53,499 nucleotides of DNA from a virus. Taxonomy: Duplodnaviria; Heunggongvirae; Uroviricota; Caudoviricetes. A program made the position numbers and the translations under genes. A model generated the notes under the pieces. It was not told the DNA's origin, did no database searches, and was given only the letters and a program-made list of their open reading frames with translations. The stretch lies in IMG/VR virus record IMGVR_UViG_3300042691_036629, positions 1 to 53,499 of that record; one strand, given 5' to 3'. Below are positions 46,953 to 53,499 of this stretch, in pieces (position 1 is the first letter of the stretch; every line of letters begins with the position of its first letter).

Positions 46953-47009
46953 ATAATAAAAACTTTTCTACATCATATATATAAAAAATAAAAATCATTT
47001 TTTTAAATT

Positions 47010-48713
47010 ATGAAAAATAATAAAATAACAAGTGCTTTAATTTCTGTTTATGATAAAACTGGATTAGAGACAATTATAGAAAAACTAATCAATAGTGGTG
47101 TTATAATCTACTCTACTGGTGGTACTTATGACTTCATTAAAAGTTTAGGTTTTCAAGTAGTTTCAGTCGAATCTATAACAGAATATCCTGAGATACTTGG
47201 CGGTAGAGTTAAAACTTTACATCCTAAAATCTTTGGTGGGATTTTAAATCAAAGAGATCTTAAAAAAGATCAAAAAGATGTAAAAAAACATTCAATACCA
47301 CAAATTGACTTAGTTATTGTTGATCTTTATCCATTTGAAGAAACTGTAGCAAATGAAGAATCAACACATGAAGAAATCATCGAAAAGATTGATATTGGTG
47401 GTGTTTCATTAATAAGAGCGGCTGCTAAAAACCACAAAGATGTTGTTGTTATCTCTTCTAAAGAACAATATGATATTTTAGATAAAATAATTGATGATGG
47501 ATTAGAACCAACTTTAGAACAAAAGGAATACTTAGCTGTTGACGCATTTAACAAAACATCTAACTATGATGCTGAAATATTCAAATATCTATTAGATAGA
47601 GAAGAAGGTGTTGAAAGTGGTAATGAGTTTGATATAAGTTCTTTAATGGGAGAAGATTCTAAAAACAATTTAAACTTAAATATCACTAAAGACGACTTTG
47701 ATCTAAATGACTTCTTACTTTGTTGGAAAGAGTTTGGAGAAAGACCTAACCGTGTTTTAATTCATAACACTTACTCAACTAAGTTAGTAAACTCAGCAAT
47801 CGAAGAATTTATAAAAGAGAAGAATGTATTCACGGAAGTTACTCCAGATGAAGAAGGATTACTCATTAATGATAAAATGTTTGTTAAGTTAGATGATGGT
47901 TGTTATATGTCTTATATTGTAGCAGATAGACTATCAGAGGCTTCATTTATTGATACTATTACTTTTATCTATAAAAGAGGATATGAACAGATACAAGACT
48001 TTCTTGATTTATTGAATGAATGTGTGATGGATTTTGCTCATGAAGATTCTCACAAACTTAATACAGTAACTTTATCTCAAACTGGATTAGAAATAGAACC
48101 AATTAGTTTACATGATATTGATTTAGATAATATTGACTTATATTATAACTCAACAACATTTAAAAGAGTTGATAAAGCTATTAAACAAATAAAAAAGTCT
48201 GATAAAGGTTTGAGTATATTTTATGGTGAAAGAGGAACCGGGAAAACTTCAATAATTAATTACATCTCTTCTAAATTAGATAGAATTGTTATTTTTATTC
48301 CGAATAATATGATTGAACATACAATCAATAATCCTGAATTTAGAAAGTATCTTAAAAAATATGATAAACCAGTTTTAGTAATTGATGATTGTGAAGTAGC
48401 ATTTAGCGAAATCTATGGTAGAACTAATATGTTTAGTTCAAACTTATTACAAATGGTTGATGGTTTCTTAGCAGAATCAATGAATTGTAATATTGTTGCA
48501 ATTTTTAACTTAGATAATGAGGATGAAATTGATCATTCTTTATTAGAATGTAATAACTTAATTGATTGTATTGAGTTTGAATATTTAGATGCTGAAGATA
48601 GTGTTAATTTATCTAAACACGTAAGTAACAATAAAAAGTATAAAAACAAAACCAAAATGATTGATATAATTAAGAAACGTTCGAATAAAGAAGTATTTGA
48701 CATAGGTTTTTAA
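47010..48713 (+). CDS. PurH N-terminal IMP-cyclohydrolase (MGS-like) domain fused to a degenerate AAA+ ATPase
   Basis: ALISVYDKTG, STGGT, YPEILGGRVKTLHP, VDLYPF, KIDIGGVSLIRAAAKN in aa 1-195; GERGTGKT and LVIDDCE in the C-terminal third; no AICAR transformylase domain. Confidence 0.88.
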   Translation: MKNNKITSALISVYDKTGLETIIEKLINSGVIIYSTGGTYDFIKSLGFQVVSVESITEYPEILGGRVKTLHPKIFGGILNQRDLKKDQKDVKKHSIPQIDLVIVDLYPFEETVANEESTHEEIIEKIDIGGVSLIRAAAKNHKDVVVISSKEQYDILDKIIDDGLEPTLEQKEYLAVDAFNKTSNYDAEIFKYLLDREEGVESGNEFDISSLMGEDSKNNLNLNITKDDFDLNDFLLCWKEFGERPNRVLIHNTYSTKLVNSAIEEFIKEKNVFTEVTPDEEGLLINDKMFVKLDDGCYMSYIVADRLSEASFIDTITFIYKRGYEQIQDFLDLLNECVMDFAHEDSHKLNTVTLSQTGLEIEPISLHDIDLDNIDLYYNSTTFKRVDKAIKQIKKSDKGLSIFYGERGTGKTSIINYISSKLDRIVIFIPNNMIEHTINNPEFRKYLKKYDKPVLVIDDCEVAFSEIYGRTNMFSSNLLQMVDGFLAESMNCNIVAIFNLDNEDEIDHSLLECNNLIDCIEFEYLDAEDSVNLSKHVSNNKKYKNKTKMIDIIKKRSNKEVFDIGF

Positions 48714-48729
48714 AAATAATATATAGAAT

Positions 48730-49068
48730 ATGAAGATTAAAGAATTAAGTGATGAAGAGATTCTAAACTTTTTAATGACATCTGAATTTGAAGATAATTA
48801 TTCACCAGAAGAATTAAAATATCTCCTTTTAAAGTGGAGATATTTTTATCGTGTTTTTAATGGTAAACTTGAAAGACTAAAAGATGATAGTTTAAGTGAT
48901 ATAAACATGTTAAATGGTGAAATACAATCATTGAAAAATAATATTGTCGTTCTACAAACAAATGTTGCTAATAAAGAGAATTTAATTGATTCTATGAAAA
49001 ATAGAAAACTTACCTGGAAAGAAAGATTCACAGGAAAAATTATAACAAATGAAGATGAAGATAAATGA
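48730..49068 (+). CDS. Coiled-coil hypothetical protein
   Basis: 112 aa; AATATATA 4 bp upstream. Confidence 0.7.
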   Translation: MKIKELSDEEILNFLMTSEFEDNYSPEELKYLLLKWRYFYRVFNGKLERLKDDSLSDINMLNGEIQSLKNNIVVLQTNVANKENLIDSMKNRKLTWKERFTGKIITNEDEDK

Positions 49069-50197
49069 ATTTGAGAAATTAGAAAACAAAATTAATAACC
49101 AAAACTTTCATGAAAGTTACCGAACATTAAATCATGTTATGGTTGCTCTTTCTTATTTTGGTCATATTGCTTCTATATTTTTAGCATTCTTTATGTTATC
49201 AAACATATTACTTGGTGTTATGGAGAATAAACCAGTTGTTTATGTTGTAACTGTTATCATATTAAGTGCTATTGAATTGCTCAAGAGAGATATATTTCAC
49301 AAATTTAGTATTTTATATTTAAAGTTAAAAGCATTTACAAAAGATGTTTTACCTCTTTTCTTTTTAAGTGTTGCTATTATTGGTATTTCATTTTATTCAT
49401 CTATTAAAGGTGCGAGTGAGTATTCTTCTAAAAGTGATAAAATTGAACAAGATTATCAAAAAGTAAATAAACAATTTGAGGATAGTCTCACTAAAGTTTA
49501 TCAAGTTAAGATTGATCAAATTGAGAAACAAAGTGGTAGTAAAGAAGGAGCTTTAAATACTCTTTATAATCAACAAAATGAACTTAATAACTTAGCATTG
49601 AGTGGTGAGTTAACACCAGTTCAAAAGAAATTATTAAGAGCATTACCTTCTCAAATTAAGGCTTTAGAAGCTGAAAATAAACCTTTTATTGAGTCTAAGA
49701 AAGCTGAGATTGCTTCTATCGAAAAAGAACGTGATGATAAAATAAAGAAACATCATACTGATACTGAAAAAGAATCTAAGAAGAAGAAAGATGATAATTC
49801 TACAAATTCAGTAGCTTTTATTATATTTTCAACTCTTATTGAGATTTCAATTTTAGCTGGTGTTTACTTTAAAGATTATTATGATGTTCGTTCTTATAGA
49901 GAAAAGAAAGATCAAATTGAGAAAGATCCTAATTTCCAAAAATGGAGATTATATAAACAAATTTTGGAAATTATTTATACAGAAGATACAAAAATAAATC
50001 AAAAACTACCTTCAAATAAAGGTATAATTGAAGCTTGTAAAGTAAATGATATAATTATTTTACCTAAAGATGTTACTAACTTTTTAAAAACAATGTCTAG
50101 TTTAGGAATTATAAAAGTATCGGGAAGTAGTAGATACGTGAGTAAAGCGAGAGATATTTCATTTGAAAATCTTAACAAACATTTTAATATTGAGTAA
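49049..50197 (+). CDS. Multi-pass membrane protein with coiled-coil loop
   Basis: Three N-terminal hydrophobic segments, long coiled coil, a fourth TM (VAFIIFSTLIEISILAGVYF). Confidence 0.75.
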   Translation: MKMKINEFEKLENKINNQNFHESYRTLNHVMVALSYFGHIASIFLAFFMLSNILLGVMENKPVVYVVTVIILSAIELLKRDIFHKFSILYLKLKAFTKDVLPLFFLSVAIIGISFYSSIKGASEYSSKSDKIEQDYQKVNKQFEDSLTKVYQVKIDQIEKQSGSKEGALNTLYNQQNELNNLALSGELTPVQKKLLRALPSQIKALEAENKPFIESKKAEIASIEKERDDKIKKHHTDTEKESKKKKDDNSTNSVAFIIFSTLIEISILAGVYFKDYYDVRSYREKKDQIEKDPNFQKWRLYKQILEIIYTEDTKINQKLPSNKGIIEACKVNDIIILPKDVTNFLKTMSSLGIIKVSGSSRYVSKARDISFENLNKHFNIE

Positions 50198-50198
50198 T

Positions 50199-50453
50199 AT
50201 GTGTTATAAAGTTGGTGATGTATTGGTTTTTATTGGAAATAACACCAGTGATAACCATTACAATAATTTTGAGGTTGGTAAAAAATATACTGTAAAAAGT
50301 GTCGGTTTTTTATATGATTCGGATCAATACTCGGTAGATAGCTCTTATGTTACTTTTGAAGAAAATACTCACGGATCTTTAGTTTATAAAATAAAAAGAC
50401 ATTTTGTATCTCTAGATGATTATAGAAATATAAAAATTAATCAAGTATTATGA
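50199..50453 (+). CDS. Small hypothetical protein with C-terminal RNIKINQVL tag
   Basis: ATG 50199 (MCYKVGD) preferred over the TTG at 50163. Confidence 0.65.
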   Translation: MCYKVGDVLVFIGNNTSDNHYNNFEVGKKYTVKSVGFLYDSDQYSVDSSYVTFEENTHGSLVYKIKRHFVSLDDYRNIKINQVL

Positions 50454-51292
50454 TTGAAACACCATTTAATTACACAGGTTCTAAATATAAATTACTTGAA
50501 CAGATACTTCCGGAGTTTGACTATACGAAATCGACTTTTATTGATCTTTTTTGTGGAGGTGGTTCTGTTTATACAAATGTATTGGATAAATATGATACTG
50601 TTATAGCAAATGATATTATAAAAGATCTGATGGGTATTCACTCAGGTATTTTATATAGTGATGATATAATAGAAGAAACTAAAAAACTTTGTCCTGGTAA
50701 AGACAACCCAGAAGGTTATGGTAAACTAAGAGATAGTTTTAATGATTATAAAACTCCAGATAAACTTTGGGCTCTTATGTTGAGTTGTACCAATAATATG
50801 ATGAGGTTTAATAAACAGTTTAAGTTTAATCAAACTTATGGAAATAGAGGTTGGAACTCAAATACAGAAAAAAAAGTAGAAGCTTATAAAAATCATATAA
50901 GAAAATATTCTGATAAAATTAGATTTATGTCATCACAGTTTGAAGATGTTTCTGTTTTTGGTGATAACACAATGGTTTATATTGATCCACCTTATGGTAG
51001 AATAAAAACAGAAGATGGTTCACTGGGTAAGAAACAAATATCAGAAGCTGGTTACAATTGTTATTGGACAGAGAATGATGATTTTTTATTATACACTTAT
51101 ATTAAAGGTATAAACAATAGAAAATCTTCTTTTATGGTTTCTGGTGTTTTAGAACATGATGGTAAAGTTTGTTGGATGTTAGATAAATTAATATCTGATG
51201 GTTTTAACTACAAGGTGTTAGATTGTGATTATAATAAAGTTTCTAGAAAGGGTGATAAGAAAACAACTGAGGTTATCATAACAAACTATTAG
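50450..51292 (+). CDS. dam: T4 Dam-like DNA adenine methyltransferase
   Basis: NYTGSKYKLL, FIDLFCGGGSV, IANDI, FNQTYG, catalytic YIDPPY, TEVIITNY; target specificity not determinable. Confidence 0.88.
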   Translation: MIETPFNYTGSKYKLLEQILPEFDYTKSTFIDLFCGGGSVYTNVLDKYDTVIANDIIKDLMGIHSGILYSDDIIEETKKLCPGKDNPEGYGKLRDSFNDYKTPDKLWALMLSCTNNMMRFNKQFKFNQTYGNRGWNSNTEKKVEAYKNHIRKYSDKIRFMSSQFEDVSVFGDNTMVYIDPPYGRIKTEDGSLGKKQISEAGYNCYWTENDDFLLYTYIKGINNRKSSFMVSGVLEHDGKVCWMLDKLISDGFNYKVLDCDYNKVSRKGDKKTTEVIITNY

Positions 51293-51339
51293 AGGATAAT
51301 TTAGTTTTTATATATAACAAAAAAATTAAATTATTAAAT

Positions 51340-51555
51340 ATGGATTATTTAGATAAGTATGACGCTTTAGTTAAATTATTAACTGAAGAAGTTGAGATCG
51401 AAGGTAAGAAGTATGACTTAAAAGAAGATTTTGATAAATTCTTTGTTCGTTCAAATAAAACAGCGGGAACTAGAATCCGAAAAGTTATGCAAGAACTTAA
51501 AAAGTTAGCTCAAGAAGTCAGAGATGATGTTCAAGACTACAAAGGAAAAATTTAA
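51340..51555 (+). CDS. Histone H1-like (Hc1-family) small nucleoid protein
   Basis: EDFDKFF..SNKTAGTRIRKVMQELKKLAQEVR pattern. Confidence 0.75.
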   Translation: MDYLDKYDALVKLLTEEVEIEGKKYDLKEDFDKFFVRSNKTAGTRIRKVMQELKKLAQEVRDDVQDYKGKI

Positions 51556-51556
51556 T

Positions 51557-51585
51557 AAAAATCCCATCTAAAAGATGGGATTTTT
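51557..51585. terminator. Intrinsic terminator
   Basis: aaaaatcccatct-aaa-agatgggattttt. Confidence 0.85.
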
Positions 51586-51618
51586 ATTTTAATATATAAT
51601 AAAAAATAAAAACTTCTA

Positions 51619-52194
51619 ATGAAAAAATTTAGTACATCAATTGGTCAGAAAGTAAACGAAGAACCAAAAGTTGAAGTTAAGAAAATAAATGAAGAAGAAA
51701 TCTTCAAATCAAAAGTTATGAATTTAATGGATCAATTTTTATCAATCCAAACTTACGGTCCAGTAGATAGATATTTAAGAGCAGGTAATATCAAAATATC
51801 TGGTAAAGAAACATTCTTAGAAGCTTTAATGACTTTGATGAGTGATAAGTCACAAAAAGATACAAAAGCTGTTTTAGAGGGTTTAAAGGGTCAAATAAAA
51901 GATTGGGAAGCTTTAGATAATAAAATTGAAGAAATTTCTGTATCTGAGAATAAAATTGATGAGATAAAACACAAGAATAAAGTTCTTTCAATTTATAATA
52001 AATATGGATATGATAAAAAACTTTGTTTACAGATGTTTGAAAATCATATTTCTAAAATAGAAGATGGTGAAAATGCTTATATGAAGTATGTTGTTACTGA
52101 GAAACTTTCAAATACACATGATAATGGAGAGTTATTTAAACAAGTATCTGAAAAATATTTAGATAAATCTAAACAATTAGGTTTTAATAGATAA
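51619..52194 (+). CDS. Hypothetical protein (MKKFSTSIGQKVNEE tag variant)
   Basis: 191 aa; AATATATA at 51591-51598. Confidence 0.7.
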   Translation: MKKFSTSIGQKVNEEPKVEVKKINEEEIFKSKVMNLMDQFLSIQTYGPVDRYLRAGNIKISGKETFLEALMTLMSDKSQKDTKAVLEGLKGQIKDWEALDNKIEEISVSENKIDEIKHKNKVLSIYNKYGYDKKLCLQMFENHISKIEDGENAYMKYVVTEKLSNTHDNGELFKQVSEKYLDKSKQLGFNR

Positions 52195-52201
52195 AATTAA
52201 T

Positions 52202-52846
52202 ATGGAAAAAATATTAGGTGAAATGTTTGAAGAAGGTTTTTTTTCAAACATTTTTTTTGTAAATACAAATCCGGCTACTGTAAGTATAGAGAAGATAGGA
52301 AAACAAAATGGTGAAATAAAAAAAACCGTCATATCAAATACATATGAATTGACATCATTAACAGTTAGTGATGAAGATGATATAAAGTATTCACTTCTAC
52401 ATAATTTTTTTGTTACTCTAAATTATAATTCAAATAGAAAAGAATTAAAATATTTTGATAGAGGTTTGTTAAAAAACATATTCACTAAAAAAGATCCTAA
52501 CATTATTTTAGATGAGATTTTAGAATATGATTGGATAATAACATCTCCAAATATTATAAATGAAATTACATCTTCATCATTCATAACTACACAAGAGAGT
52601 GATGCTTTAGTTAAACTAAAAGGTTATTTCACATCTCAATTTAAAAATACTTTAGTATTTGAATTACCACCTGATAATATTAACTCTAATTTATATAAAC
52701 AATTTTCTAAAAATATAATTTATTGTGGTAAAAATAATTCAATAACACCAGTAATCAATAGAAATAAAAAAGATGATAAGGATGGAATAAGAGTTGAATA
52801 TATATTCAATACAAGTAATGATTTGAAAAAAATAATTATCATGTAA
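52202..52846 (+). CDS. Hypothetical protein
   Basis: 214-aa ORF. Confidence 0.7.
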   Translation: MEKILGEMFEEGFFSNIFFVNTNPATVSIEKIGKQNGEIKKTVISNTYELTSLTVSDEDDIKYSLLHNFFVTLNYNSNRKELKYFDRGLLKNIFTKKDPNIILDEILEYDWIITSPNIINEITSSSFITTQESDALVKLKGYFTSQFKNTLVFELPPDNINSNLYKQFSKNIIYCGKNNSITPVINRNKKDDKDGIRVEYIFNTSNDLKKIIIM

Positions 52847-53091
52847 TGAGTGATATTGAATTAACAGATGAGCAAATTAGTATTCTTTATGAAATGACTG
52901 AAATACATTTTGAATGTTTTGAGAAATATTATAAAGAATACCAAATTACTTATCAAAGTGTTTTAGAACTAAATCATAAAAAGATGGTTGATATTTTAAA
53001 AGTTTGTCATGACGAAAGAGCTTCTAAAATATTATTTAATGGCATGATTAAAGAATACTCAGATATGTTAAATAGAAAGAAAATAAATTAA
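52846..53091 (+). CDS. Small hypothetical protein
   Basis: 81 aa, stop/start overlap with the upstream gene. Confidence 0.6.
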   Translation: MSDIELTDEQISILYEMTEIHFECFEKYYKEYQITYQSVLELNHKKMVDILKVCHDERASKILFNGMIKEYSDMLNRKKIN

Positions 53092-53499
53092 TCCAACAAG
53101 TCTTTTAAAATATTATCTCTTCTTCTTGATATATCATCAAAATTCGAATAAGAAACTTTTCTACTATTCCCATTATCATCTATAATAACCACATCAATCT
53201 CACCACTTGTTGTGATAACACTATCAACACACTCATATAATTTACCAGCTGTCAATAACCTACTACCTGTTATTCTACTATTTATATCATTCTTAGATCT
53301 TAGCATGGTTCCTTTCTTTACAAGAATTAAATCTTTTAACTTTTTAAAAAGCATATCATTTAACTCATTAATATTGACACTTCTATAATCAATATCTTCT
53401 TGAGAATCGATAAATTGTGATATACGACTAAATAATTCATTTGTTTTATTACTAGACTCTGTTAAATGTTCATAGTTAGAAATCGTTAATTCATTAGTA
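53088..53499 (-). CDS. Hypothetical protein, 5'-truncated by the window edge, C-terminal RDNILKDLL tag
   Basis: Frame upstream of the track ATG (53354) has no stop up to 53498. Confidence 0.6.
   Translation of the reverse strand, partial: TNELTISNYEHLTESSNKTNELFSRISQFIDSQEDIDYRSVNINELNDMLFKKLKDLILVKKGTMLRSKNDINSRITGSRLLTAGKLYECVDSVITTSGEIDVVIIDDNGNSRKVSYSNFDDISRRRDNILKDLLD

Noticed and set aside
1-53499. Stop-codon reassignment (TAG to Gln, as in some large Bacteroidota phages)
   Set aside because: TAG ends folD (24153) and the second methylase (51292) exactly at their natural C-termini, and conserved genes are intact in code 11.
1-53499. CRISPR array, tRNA or rRNA genes, DGR
   Set aside because: All repeats found lie within coding frames with codon-multiple periods; no repeat-spacer pattern, cloverleaf or reverse transcriptase was recognised by eye. 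A tRNAscan/Infernal run would be needed to exclude RNAs fully.

Overview
Very AT-rich window (by eye roughly a quarter G+C, not computed), densely coding on both strands in standard genetic code 11. It is best explained as part of a large T4-like myovirus (jumbo/huge phage) with a Bacteroidota host. Phage evidence: a gp6-like baseplate wedge gene, two DNA adenine methylases, three related HNH endonucleases, a LAGLIDADG endonuclease and many short orphan ORFs. Host evidence: TTTG-N20-TAnnTTTG promoters, no obvious Shine-Dalgarno sequences, and Bacteroidota-type PurH and histone-H1-like sequences. Captured host-like genes are nusG, skp/ompH (no signal peptide), folD, folA, gmk, lemA plus a TPM gene, a J-domain protein, the PurH IMP-cyclohydrolase domain fused to an AAA domain, two MazG-like genes and glycosyl/methyltransferases. 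Five patterns stand out. (1) A Zn-ribbon-repeat / SF2 helicase / Rrp8(nucleomethylin)-like methyltransferase gene next to a T5orf172 (GIY-YIG) nuclease; the gene is split by a 19-bp frame-breaking insert that ends in a CCC-U +1 slip site. (2) About a dozen unrelated proteins share an N-terminal MK[HYW][LI]xx[FY]xE tag resembling the T4 capsid-targeting sequence. (3) At least seven small unrelated proteins share a C-terminal R[DEN]xx[IL][DNK]x[ILV] tag. (4) An AATATATA late-promoter-like motif lies exactly 4 bp upstream of five ATGs. (5) A PurH-N/AAA fusion whose AAA arginine finger is lost. No tRNA, rRNA or CRISPR array was recognised. All family assignments come from motif recognition by eye, not database searches.
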